From assembly GCA_000708835.1 (NCBI GenBank), contig DF237067.1, forward strand, positions 126,110-190,109: a DNA stretch of 64,000 bases. Reading direction: 5' to 3'. Positions 38,401-50,700 of the stretch are shown here, in pieces. Under the pieces are notes generated by a model, which had not been told where the DNA came from, did no database searches, and was given only the letters and a program-made list of their open reading frames with translations. Positions within the stretch are counted from its first letter, which is position 1, and every line of letters starts with the position of its first letter. The position numbers and the translations under genes are program-made. Source of the DNA: Klebsormidium nitens. Its lineage: Eukaryota > Plantae > Klebsormidiophyceae.

Positions 38401-41400
38401 AAACAAGAAAGCATGATCAACTACCGCAAGACGCAGCATATTTCAAGGACAAAGCTCGGCGCGGGCCTGACCTGGGAAAGATGCAGGCTGCCTCAAGGCG
38501 GATGCACCAGTCCACACACCAGGTTACTTCGACACCCTCCTGAAACAAGCATGGCGGGCTAGGAACGGTGCAACCAGACACAAAGAAACGTGAAGAACCA
38601 ACACATATGAAACCACGCAAGGCTGGCTAAGATATTGCAAACGAGAACAACGAGAGCAGATAAACGCAACACGAAAACACGCGGAATAAGCGTTACGCGG
38701 GCCTGACCTGCGGGTGCGGCGTGAGGTCCCGTTCAAAGAGCAGGCGCATGGGGTCCCCCTCCAGGCCCAGCAGGGGCTGCACCGCGATGAACACGTTCCC
38801 CAGCTGCACCCCGCTCACCACGCTCGCGCCCGTCGCGTCGCTGCGGATGCCGCGGTAACGGTGCAGCTCGCCCCACGTGCGCTCCATGCGGCCGGTCAGC
38901 GTCTCGCTGTGACGGAGCAGTTCGGCTTCAGACTGGGCGGTTACTTTGAACCTCTGGTCAGGAGATAATCTGGCCGTTCCCGAGCTGGAAAAGACCAGAG
39001 TATCTCCCGCGGTGCCAACCGACACACATACTTCTGCTCCGCCTCCAAAATGATCTTAAAGAGGAGACCAAACGAAAGAGAATGTTCTGTCTTTCGGAAG
39101 TGCGACGCCGTTCTGAGAACTTATCGAGAACCTCTCCAAAACATCACATCTTTCGTCAAGTGCCCTCAAAGCCCCGGATTCGCAAGCAGCAGCCTCAGCC
39201 GAGAGGGGTATTGTTAGCATCACATGAACAGCAACGTTTGGGCCCGACATCATTCTCGTCCCATTGACCCATCCCCAAGCTCCTCGCTCACCCGATCCAT
39301 CGCTTGAGCGTCCGGTAATCGACGGTCTTAACCAGCGGTGTTGTCGCTTGCAGCTGCCCTCCGTTTCCCTCCACTCGCGTCCGCGCATATGCCAACGCAT
39401 CGTCTCCCCCCGCCTCGCCCTTCATCAGCACCCGCTCATCGTCCAACTGCTTCAGCACCTCAATCAGCTGCTCGCCGTTGATGCCGTCGGGACCATCCCC
39501 CAAATCATAGCTGCAAGAACGGAACACTTTGTCTTGTTATCAAGGCCTTCAAGACTCTGGAGGTGAGTTTCTGAACGACTTTAGCCGCTGATGTGGCAGG
39601 ATGGAAGACAGTCGGAACGAAACGACTCCTGTCCTTTGTTTGCTGCAGCTTTCGGCAGCCCGGTTCGCGGTTCGTACTTTCAGCCGAATCCGATATGTTA
39701 GAAAGGTTTCCCTCGCGAAGGGATGGATCATAGAAAATGATGTTTTGTATCATTCAGCTGGGGCTGACTATCTAAACAGGGACGTCGGAGGAAATTGACC
39801 CTCAATGTGCACCTCTAAGAATCCTTCACGCTCTCAGGTGTTTTCTTTGAGAGTGCTCGCTGCAGCTCTTCGTCGAATGAAGCCCCACAAATGCTTTCGC
39901 AGGTACACCAGCTAGTAAATTCCAACCCTCGTCTGCACGCACTGCCTCAGACCCAACATCCGGTCTAGCTCACGTTCCCCATGATCGGCCTCACCCCTCT
40001 TGTTTGAGCCGCCCGAGGAGCGCCTCCAGCGACCGGGGCACGTTGAGCAGCGCCGCAGTGCCTGTGGCCCCGACGCCCGGGGGAAAGCCGTAGAGCACGA
40101 TGGCCACGTTGCGCTCGGACGCGGGCTTGGCGCGCAGGGAGATCCACTTCTTCAGGCGGGAAGTCAGCCGGCGGACTCGCTCCGGCACCTGCACGAGCGT
40201 GCCGACGTCAGCCGACGGGTACGTCGTCATCTTCCCTCTCTCTCGTGGTGTCGTGGGAGCAGGTTTTGCAAACCTAAGAATAGTCTGCCAATCCTTTATC
40301 CATTTGAGAGGGGGCTGGAAAGACCCGACGGAGGGACCTGCGCAGAGACAAGCAGTCTCCCTGACACCCCAGATTGAGCGACGGACACAGAACCAGTTCT
40401 GAACTGCTCAAGCAGGACTTCGGACAGTTCCGAAGAGATGTTGAGAAACTCTTGGTCTCGGAAGTCAGAACAGAAGAACTGCAAATGCACAGGTCGTTGC
40501 AATTCCCTGTGTTATTCGCGAAGGTTACACACAGACAGGGACCACAGGACTTCAAACGGCTTCCGAAGGGATTCGTAAGCAACTGGCCACAAAAAACGAG
40601 ATTGCTTCAGCACAAAGAGAGGAACCCGATGAACATCATTCGGAACAAAGAGGTTGGCGGGCCGCACCAGGTGGATGCCGTCCCCGACGAGTCCCCCCAG
40701 CGGCACGGCGTCAATGGCCCCGTCCAGCTCGGGCAGGCTGTACAGCACCACGCTCTGCAACCCCTGCACGCCATCGCGCAGCCAACTGGGAATGTCCTGC
40801 ACGGCGTTAAGGGGGGGTGATGTTTCAAGGAATTCGGAGTTTGGGGTGAAGAGAACTCAGTAGGCTAGGCGGCAGAGGAGAGTCTGGTTCGAGAGAGTAA
40901 TGAAGGCCGCAAGACGGTTCCTCCTGTTATTTTGCAGGTGATTCTCGACAACAAGGGAGCCTATTTGTCAAAGCTCCCCTTGGTTCGAATGAACAGATTT
41001 TCCACGAATGAAAGATAGTTTACCCTTCAGCAGTGCGAAGTACAAAAGGTCACACGATACTGCAGGTGCTGGCATTCTTGAAACGTTCCGGACCATGATT
41101 GTCACCCGCCTCTTTCAACAGTCCCTCAGCACCACCGTGCACTCAAAGCGGAAGTGAACTGCTGAACACAGCCTTTTGCAAGTAATTTTCGCCGAAGCAC
41201 GTGCATCCGGCATCTCATACAGCTCCAAAAGCCCCAGACCGACCAGAAACCAATCTGAGAACGGATCTCAATCATTTGCCGGTATTCAGATCGTAGGTAT
41301 GTCAGAACGAACAACCCACCTGGATAAGCAGCGGTGCCGAGACGACGTACGGCACGTTCTTGGCGCTCAGGATCTGCTTGGCAATCTCCGCCTGGCGGCC

Positions 41401-44400
41401 CCCCTCCATAGTCCCTGCGGGCCCGCCCACTAGCGGAAAGCCCACCGTGCTCACCACAGCACCCACAAACGCTGCGTCCTTCTTCAGCGACGGAATGTCC
41501 AGAATTCGTCGGCTGCGTCGATCCTGCAGGACCAAACGTGATATGTGTCAGTCTTGTTAGCTGATGCTTGCCTTTCCAGGCTTTGCTGTTGTCATTGCTG
41601 GGCGTTTGCTTATGCGAGAGCGGCTCTTAAGAAGGACCATCAGTCGTTAACGGCTGTCTCTAAATTGTCGCACTTGTTAGCACCTGATGTAAGAAGGTTG
41701 CAATGACCATGGAAAAATTGCGGAACGCCCTTCGCACTCCTTCTTCACACTCGTCGCCAAGAGACAATGACCGGACGAGAGAAAGCGGCATACAAGAGCG
41801 ATATGCAGTCCGACCTTTCTTAAACGCCCTTTCCGCACCTGCTCATACTTAGTCGTCAGCAGGTCCCGCACGACCGTGTGCGCCTCCACGCCGTTGATGA
41901 AGATGGGCAGCGGCCGCAGGCCGTCCGATTCGAAGGCGCGGATCAACCGCGGAATGTACTTCTGGTTCGTGATCACGTGCTTGCGGTACAATAAGATGGC
42001 CACCGTGGGAGCGCCAGGTGGCAGCGTCTTATTGGTGCGGCGGTGCCACGAGAGATATGCGGACGTGCTCTCGAAGTAACCGTCTGCAGGGACAAGGAAA
42101 GATGTTCAAGCGAGTGTTTGCTGGACGTCGAGCACTGCGCTGAGAAACAGGCGTTCCGATTGTGAAGCAATCGAGACAGGGCTAGAATACCGATGACGAT
42201 TGAGCGAAGGTTAATCTGAGAATACGAGTGGGGATAATCTTAGTCTGTTCAGGGGTTGGCAAATCCAATATCACGTGTTTGAAGGGGAATTGAGCCACAA
42301 GGAAACATCAATTTTAGTCGATGCCGAGATATAGAGACTAGAAGCTGCATACCGTAGTCGGGGTGATACAGCCCCAGCGCGGGCGTCTCCTTGAGGGTGA
42401 CGGGCGCGAGGCCGGTCTTGACCAGGTACTCGTCCGTGAGGTACAGCAGCATGCTCACCACGTTGTCCAGCCCGCCCTGCGCACCGGCAGTCAAATGGGA
42501 CGTTCTCAGTGTGCGGCTGGCGAGCAGGTATTGTTTGGGCTGTGATTTTACTTCGTCCTCAAAGGTCTGCCACTCGCGAATCGCACTTACGCTTTCAGGT
42601 GACCAAGAGACGCCTCCTCTTCACAGCGGGGGCCCAATGCTTCACACCGCCTCGCCAATCCGAACATAAACTACAGACTATCAAAGCCTCGGACAGATAT
42701 TTCGATCGGTAGAATGATCCGACATCTGAGCCTTTGTTCTTAATTCCAGTCCGTGAAATAAACGGGCAAACGACGACGGCCTTGATCAATGCTGCGCTTG
42801 GGGACGTCGAATCAAAGCAGGTCACATGGCCAGGTTCACACAAACGACTCCTTATCTGGCATCTTTCTTCCGACTCGATACAGTCCCACTTTAAAATCCC
42901 GCAACCTGCAAGGTTCCAATGAGAAATCTACCGCCCTACACCCCCCCAGCCCCCAAGCGCGGCGCCCCCACCTGGTTCCAGTAGCCGTAGACGGTGAGCC
43001 AGTTGCGCAGGTCGCGCACTTTCTTGCCGGGAAGGAAGCGCAGCAGCTTGGGCCCGATCTTGAGGAAGCTCAGGTACCCCACCATCTTGTCCTCCTCGCG
43101 CCCGCCGCCGAACTTGCTCAGCACCGCCTTCACCGGCGCGGGCATGCCGCGCTTTTGTCCGCCAGCCATTGTGAAGCTGCGGGGGAAGAGCACTAGGGAT
43201 CTCGAAGTGGGCCTTGGACGCGTGTCTGTTCCAGGCAGTCTACGATTCTGGGGGCGCGAGTCATTCGTGCTTTCGATCTGGTCCGCTTTTTCCTGCTTCA
43301 AAGGAAGGCTCACTGAGTGTGCACTTCTCGAGCTTCGAGATTCGGCGTCCCTTTTCTTCTCTTCAAGAGCCAACGAAGCATGCGAATGTTGGAGCTGACA
43401 GTCTGAGATCTCTCTGTGATCGGCAACAGAGCAGGGGGGCGGTGTCGGAAAAGTAGGCGGGACGGGGCTTGGTCAGGAGCTTAAGGCAGAGGCTTTGGGG
43501 GATGCATTGCCGAGAGAGGCAGCAAGTCCGAGGAACATTTGCGGACATCAAAATAGAAGAGGAGAGGGCGGAGCCTGGTAAACAAGATTTCCCGATGGAA
43601 GCTCGGAGTCACGCACGACCTTGAAACCTTCTGCAAAGAGAAGGCCGTTAATGCAACCAGGCTCAGATGCTTGAGGGCATAGGGCTAACAATGGAAGGCA
43701 GGAAAGGGTAGAAATCAGAAGCTGTAAGGCTTGGCTTCCATGGGGTTTGAAAGCAACCACGCGCACCTGCCAATCTGCGTGGTAGACATGAGCTCGAGGC
43801 TGGACTCGAAGCAGAGCCGCACCGGGATGTTGCTGACCTTCTCCTTGAGCCACTCACACTGCACAGGCCGCGCAAGTACTTCAGAATTTAGTTTGGGTGC
43901 GTCGGAGTCGGTGGGCCACTCTTGTAAAGCCAGAACATGAAAGCCCGCAGTTGGAAGTTTGAAAACGTCCATAATTGAAAACACGCTCGAAAATGAGGGT
44001 GATGCACCTCAAGATCCGGTCCCTTTTATAAGAAGTTCTCCTCAGAGAATCTGGGCAATGCAATTAAGTCCCCCTTCTCAGCCCAAGCTGTACCAGAAAT
44101 GCTATCACATGATCGAAAGACAGCAGAGCCGACGGAACCAATCAATTGACAACTGATGGTCAGTCGATGGCCATCTGACAGCAACTTTTTGTGCCCCCAC
44201 AGGTTGACGCTCTCACCTGATCGTAGTCGAAGAGCAGACTTCCAAAGAAGACGTCTGCCTTTGCCAGGGCTGCTTCGATCTGGACAAAAGAAACGCTAAG
44301 AGTTGACACCGAGCCGGCTGCATACTTTTCAATTCGTTCTGCCAAGAAATTCGTCCTGCCGAGAGAGTTCATCACTGTTCATCATGCCCTCTTTAATAGG

Positions 44401-46543
44401 CAAATCACACTTTTGCCCACTTGCCACCGCTGAAGCTCATAGACTGATCGACAGAGATATACTCACCTCTTTCTTCTTTGTGTTGATGTCCCTGTCACTG
44501 AAGACATCCACACGTATCCCTGGAGAAGCAGTGCACTCGTGATCAGAGACTTAGCATACTTGGCAAAAGATTGTCAATCCAAACATCCATTTCGGCCGTA
44601 ATTCCCGTCTACCAAAACTTGGTAGTGTAAAGGATAGGCTCAAAAGTTCTGCACCATACTCTTAATGTTACACATCAGAAAGGCAGCACTCTTCCGCTTC
44701 CTCCTGGACAGTGTCTTAAAGCTCGCCCTTCATAATCCTTTCAGTACCCATTCCATATGCAAAGAGCACCGCACCTGGGAACCTCTCCCGCACTTGCGCT
44801 GCCGCTTGCTTGTAGAGCGCGACGTTGAACGACTCAAACCCAGAGATCAACACAATCCTGGCCTCCCGCCCCTCCACCAAGTTGCGCACTATCTCCTCCT
44901 CCTCGCCACCAACGTCCACTTCTGGAACAACACTGGATGCGCTCAAAGCTTCCTGGACTTGTGCCTCCAATCGTTTTGCCTCCTGCACGAAGACAGCCTA
45001 GCTCTGAGAGGGGCCCTTGGCGTGCTTGCTACCAGGTAGAGGACAAGCGGGCACAATAGGAGAGTGGGTCAACTAGAAAATGGTTGCGAGGGGCTCTCAA
45101 AGTCATTTGTTTCTTTCAAGACTGCCTGATTGAGAATCAATCAGTGGTTTTGCGGATAGACTGGCTGGCGCATGGTTGTGACCCCAAATGCTTGAAACTT
45201 CTTGCAAACCGTCTGGAACTTTAAGCCCACTGATGGCCGAAGGTGATATCACCTCAACTCCCTGATTTCCACAGAAAGAAGGGGCATGATCCATATGTGG
45301 GCACAAACCTGACATGCTGTTTTTCTAAATTATGACGATGCCTAGCAAGGTTTCCTCAAAGGCTCCGGGACTGCAAGTGCCTCTACTATGATTAACAAAG
45401 CATAGAAGCAGTAAAATCTGCAAGTGTTTCATGCTTCTTGAGTGAAGAAGCTTGGGTTTTCTTTTTGAAGCAACGTAGTGCATCTCTCACCCCCTCTGTT
45501 GTTTTGAATGAAGGCTCTACAGCAATCATACCTTGGCGATGCGGTCCCTGGTTAGCTGGAGAGGGTGGATGTTCCGTTGGAACGCCTGCCACTTCTGCCG
45601 GTCCACCGAAGCTGCACCACAAGCAATGGGCCTCGAGGGTCAAAAGACTGAGACATCTGAGGAGCCCAAGCATTTGAATTTGCAATTCCGCCAAACGATA
45701 ATGTCCATTTCCAGCGCAGTCAAATCCAAAATTTGTTCACTGGCAGGCAATCACTTGAAAGCTACAGTACTTGATTGCAACCACCACCTGCCCAATTCTC
45801 GCGACCGCCTCCAATGACCAACTAATAATGACAAGAAAGGCCACGATTGACGTACCCATCAGCTGCTTCATCAATGCTGGATCGCTCCGACCAATTTCCC
45901 GCCATGTCTGCTCAGAAACCTTTTCCAAAACTCTCCCCTCCGGTTTGACCTCCTGGGGTTTCTGGAACAGGTTCTGCAGAAACCCAGCCTGAGCAACGAC
46001 TTCTCCCTCTTTCCTGCCCTCTTTCTCTACCCCCTGCTCAAGCTGTACATTCGAAAATGTGCAGTTGTAAAGGTTGTCAATCTCTGTCTGTAGCTGCTGT
46101 AGTTTGTCGGTCTTCTGCTGAAGCTCGCTCTGCAGTTGTCTGCTCAGCTCAGAGCCGCCTTCCACGGCCGCCACAAACTCTTCTGACCGGCTCGTTTGAC
46201 CGGCTTCGACCTCTCTTTCCGTGGCTGTAACTGCTTTTATTGAGCTCCTTCGCTGTGATATTCTGGGCGTCCTTTTTTGAATGTTTACAGAAGTCCCCAG
46301 AAAGTTGCTAGAAGGGGGCAACTTGCAATGCTGGAGAAATGCTGTGCCCGGCACTGATTGGTTGGTGAGGGGGGGTGAACGTCTGCGCCGACCACACCCT
46401 GCATTATGGACCTCTCTCCCGCCAGCTTGTACAAAAGAAAAGGCTGACTGGCGTGCTCCTGCAGTAGAAAGGGAGCCTGCAGGCATGAATCTGCTTGTTA
46501 TGCAGCCATGAAAGGCGCCTTGAACAGCTGTGGTGGAAGCCAT
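32450..46543 (-). CDS. CHLH2: Magnesium chelatase H subunit, CHLH2/BchH-like type, plastid-targeted
   Basis: About 25 GT-AG exons: first 46543-45856, then 45611-45532, 44982-44775, 44519-44467 and so on, last ~32650-32450. Motifs [98 protein letters not shown] and LLNPKWA. Confidence 0.92.
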
Positions 46544-46640
46544 GATGTGTCACTGTCAGGACTCAGCCTCCTCAAAAATGCAGCGCTTCGCAGAGTGTTC
46601 CAGACTGCATCATGTGTTCCCAGTGATATTTAGCGTGCTA

Positions 46641-46952
46641 CCGTAGAGCGCCCAAAACCGGATCACGTACCATTAGTGGATCACCCCCGCCCTAAACTGG
46701 ACCTATCTTGATCCAGTCTCGTATTTCCAACTGTCCAAAACTGGATCAGCGCTTTTGTGCGGAAAATCGAGGTTTTTGACTCCAGAGTATGACCTAGAGT
46801 TGGTCAAATCTGGATCCAAGTGCATCGGCAGATAGCCCTTGAAAAACCTGGATATGTGGAGAAAACCGCACTTTAAATTTGTAAATGCGTTAAGAAATAC
46901 TGCAAATAAGCGGTGCGAAAAATAAGGTGATCCAGTAATGGGCGCTCTACGG
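46641..46952. mobile_element. MITE-like non-autonomous element (Tc1/mariner-pogo type; TA target duplication)
   Basis: Perfect 14-bp terminal inverted repeats: CCGTAGAGCGCCCA (46641-46654) and TGGGCGCTCTACGG (46939-46952). TA flanks both ends (46639-40, 46953-54). An extra subterminal match is CATTAGTGGATCACC versus the reverse complement of GGTGATCCAGTAATG. 312 bp, no ORF. Confidence 0.75.
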
Positions 46953-47709
46953 TACTTTTGATCTATCCAACTTCAACGGCGCGCGATTGTGACCGTCTAT
47001 TCACCAACGCAAGGCCCTGCAAATGATCGTCCGGCCCGGCGGACTTTGTTTCTCTGACATCCTGTCAGAAATCCAAACGCTCTTTGGGCGCTTCGATGTT
47101 GAAATTGACAACAATTGACGGTCCGATTCGCTTCTTAGCCGATAAAACCGCGATCCGGAGATTCTAATTCCGTGCTCGGTACGTCTCTGGTACGTACCAG
47201 GACTCGGAAAAGCCGCCAACTGGCATTTAAAATTTAAGGGCTTCGAAACTTCACAGTGTTCAGACTCAGTGCAGAAGTCTGAAGGACGCATGGCAATTAG
47301 GCTGAGCTGCCTGATCCAGATGTTAAAAGGGTTGATGGAGGTGCCACAGCCAAAGATGGCCGCATAGGGAGGCTTTTGTCAATGCAAGCTCAGGCCCTCA
47401 TTCGCACACCTGGAACTCACCCAGAAGGCGTTCTAGAAAATGTTGCAAGTTTGTAGAACAGGTTTGTCAAGTAGATTCGGACAACTCAAGTGCAGCCCAC
47501 GTCTGCAAGCCTCAAACAATCACGCCCTGCTTCGCTCTTTCTTGTCAGGCTCCAATTGCCTTCCTTTCCCTGCTCTGGTTAGCAAAGTGCTACTTTGGGG
47601 ACCTGGGCAACATACCACTCGATCTGGTAGCGGTGCACTTTCAAAAATACACTATAATTTTTACACGTCCAGTTTCTCACAATTCAGGAGTGCTGAGCGG
47701 GCCTGCTTG

Positions 47710-50700
47710 ATGGAAACCAACGCCAACCACTCGCATGCTCAACCAGTGCCAACACAGGAGTCAACCACCCTGGACGCTTTGGATCCAGCGGAGCTACAAT
47801 TGGTGGAAGTTGGCCTGCGAAATGCACTAGCAGCTTTGCAAACTGGCGGAACTAACGCTGCTGTCCTGTCAACTAGGATATGCCAGCAGCTCTTAGAAGG
47901 TGAGAAAGCAAAATCTGCTCATCAAGTATCAAACGCAAACTGCATACTTTCAGAAGTTGCACTTTGTTTGAGGGTGCTAGGATCCTTGTGCATCAACAAC
48001 GTGCGGCTGCTTCACCGTTCAAAATAAAATAAGCGATGCCTGTGCTTTAGATCAGACCACCGGCTGATTGGCTAGCGGTGGCCGCCCCTCCCTATTGTTT
48101 GATCCTTTTGGGTTTTCAATGCAGTCAATGCTCCTCATAATCTCGACAAACGTTGTGTCTTCTTGTTCCCCTTCAGAAGAACCAAATCAGAATGAAGCTA
48201 GCGCCGCTAATGCTACCCCCGGCCATAGCCAGTCCGGAGTCTTGTCGCGTCCGCTTGTGCGCCACGTGGCGTGGGCCCTCTTGCAGTGGCACAAGGCTGG
48301 GCGCTTCCCTGTTGAGCTGCCGCCCATTGAGGGCCTGCAGGAAGATCGTAGCTGGGAAGGGGAACTAGATGGCTGGACACGAAAGATAGAGACAGCGCTT
48401 GGGGCCCTTCTTGAGGTGAGGAACTAAAGTCCCCTTTTGCTTGCTTCCCCCAGAACAGATCAGGAGAAGTCATTCCGGGGAGGCATGTTAGAGTCAAGCT
48501 TCACCACTGTTTCTTGGACCAAACATTTTTGCCAATGGAAACGCGGCGTGCAGATGTGGTGATGCTTCCAGACGGCCAGATCGGGTGTTCTGTAAGTGCT
48601 GTTCGTGGGCAGCTTGTAATCGATGGGACAATGTTGTCTTTTTCCAGGTTCGAAAAGCCGCTCTGAGTCTCCACGTCCAAGAGCCATGGTTCTCCCACTT
48701 GAAAAGTGAGCACGTCCTAACGCCTCCTGTACCGAGCGTTGCGTAAGGAATTGGCAATCCATCAATCTGTTGAATGCCTTTAGCAGCCAACGTTTCAGGT
48801 CCCTAGTTTTCAGGTCTTTGCCGCCTTTTTCTTTTCAACGCAACTATATGGCCAGGTCATGGTTGCTAACAGCCGCCGAGCATGCGTCCGGTCCTTGTTC
48901 GTGTTCTTCGTAAGCGGATGATTGCCGTTCTATTTCACAGGCACGTTGTGTGGCAGGTCGCATTGCCTTCGCGACCTGCGCTAACAGATACAGGAATACG
49001 GATACGAAGAATTGTCTTCTGCATCAAAAAATTTGTGTCTGTCGATAGGTCCTCGATTTATATTTGTTTCTCAAGACCGAAGAAAGGAACCGCAAGGCGC
49101 AGCTCAGAGCGTCTGACAGATGTGTAAAGCTTTCTGCAGGCGGAGCGAAGAGCGTGGAAGGGCGGTGTGCAAAAGAAGCGTATACCAGGTGACTTAGGTT
49201 TTCATCCACTTCAAATCACACGGCGTTTGGAAGCTCGATTCTGGACTTTTGTGCTTTCCATAGCCAATGATTGGCACAATCTTCGAGGGGTGTTATGCGA
49301 AGGAGGACTCTGGGTAGAGCGCCCAGAGACCGAGTGCGTGACACTTGTCGCGTCACTTTCTGAGAGGAAGTATCTGCTGACCAACTTGACGCTCGCGTTT
49401 GGACCAAATGACCGATTCCAAAGTTTTTATGACTCCCACTGCAGGCTTGAAGTTGGAAGTATACTTTTGGTGAACGACTCCCTGCTTCTCCAAGTAAAGG
49501 TATGGCCGAGCGGCTTTGCAACCTTGCCTCTCAACGTGCGAAGCAGTACAGTCGGCAAAACGGCCGTTTGGAAGGACGAGCGTCTGTCCGTCACTCTGAA
49601 TTTCCGAAGTCGCACTTACCCGTTGCGGTTTCCAAAGCAATCTACTTGCTTGTGGGCACGCGTTTGTGGCCTTCGTGACATCGTAGACTTTCCGTTCCGT
49701 TGGAAACATCAGAGCCATCTCAGTGTCAGACTGTAAGCCTGACTGCATTTCCCGTGGTATCTGCAACAGGCCTCCGTTAACTACGACAGCTTTTCCTCCC
49801 TCCTGGCACAAGAAGGGCTCCAACGCGTTCTACCAGGCTGCGCCTCGCATGTTGATGGTGAGCCGCCACCTGTCCTCCGTCTGCACCTTGTTGTAGAAAG
49901 TATTTCCAGAGGCGACAGCGAGCTTGCGTGCCGAGCTGGGACTTCTTGCTTTGCGCCTTGCTTTGCGGTACCTAGGAGCTTCTCTCAAAGCGCAATCATG
50001 GACAGCGCCAAAGTAGTCCAGTACGTCGAACAGGTAAACACCTCAGGACCGCATTACAGGGCGACCTGCTCGAGAGTTTGGTACTTGAACCTCATGTCGA
50101 AGTAGCTTTGAGCAGACTCTTATCTCGCCCTGAAAGTTGCTACACTCCACGATAAGCTGAGTCATCCGAGGACTGCACCAATGATCCTCGGCCATCGATC
50201 GCCAGTTGAGCTGCCCTGCATAAACGATTTCGTGAAAGTGTTTCCCCTACAGGCCTTGCATTTCCAGACTACTCAATGCCAAAACAAGAAAGCAACGGGA
50301 CCACACAAAGAGAGACACCCCAAGTTTCCCATTCCATACAAGCTCCCCTCTGCCCTGGACCGGCAAAGTGCTTCGAATCCGTCCTCGGCGCATTCCCAGT
50401 CGTCACGCGTTTCAAACTTTCTTTCCAGGCTGCACGGTGTATCGAGCTTTCTACACGGAAGAGCAAGAGAGGGCGGCCGGCGTTGTGGCAATCCACGTGG
50501 AGCCTTGCCCAGAGGACACGCAACCCGTGCATCGTATCATGACTCTTCTGCAAGTAAGATCGCATCAAAAGGGCGCGTGTTTCACGGAAAAGAACGGTCG
50601 TTGCAGGCTTTTGTGACATGAGAAAGCAGCAAACGGGGCTCTCAAAAGACAATTGGTCCGTCCAACGATTACGAAGGAAAAGCTTCTGGGTGGCCGGTAG

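Noticed and set aside
49858-50033. Open frame continuing after the 49857 donor (EPPPVLRLHLV...QYVEQ|gtaaac)
   Set aside because: Splicing at 49857 to 50429 already gives the continuous ASCH sequence (VLPG...DG|CTVYRAFY). The extension is treated as intron, although alternative splicing cannot be excluded.
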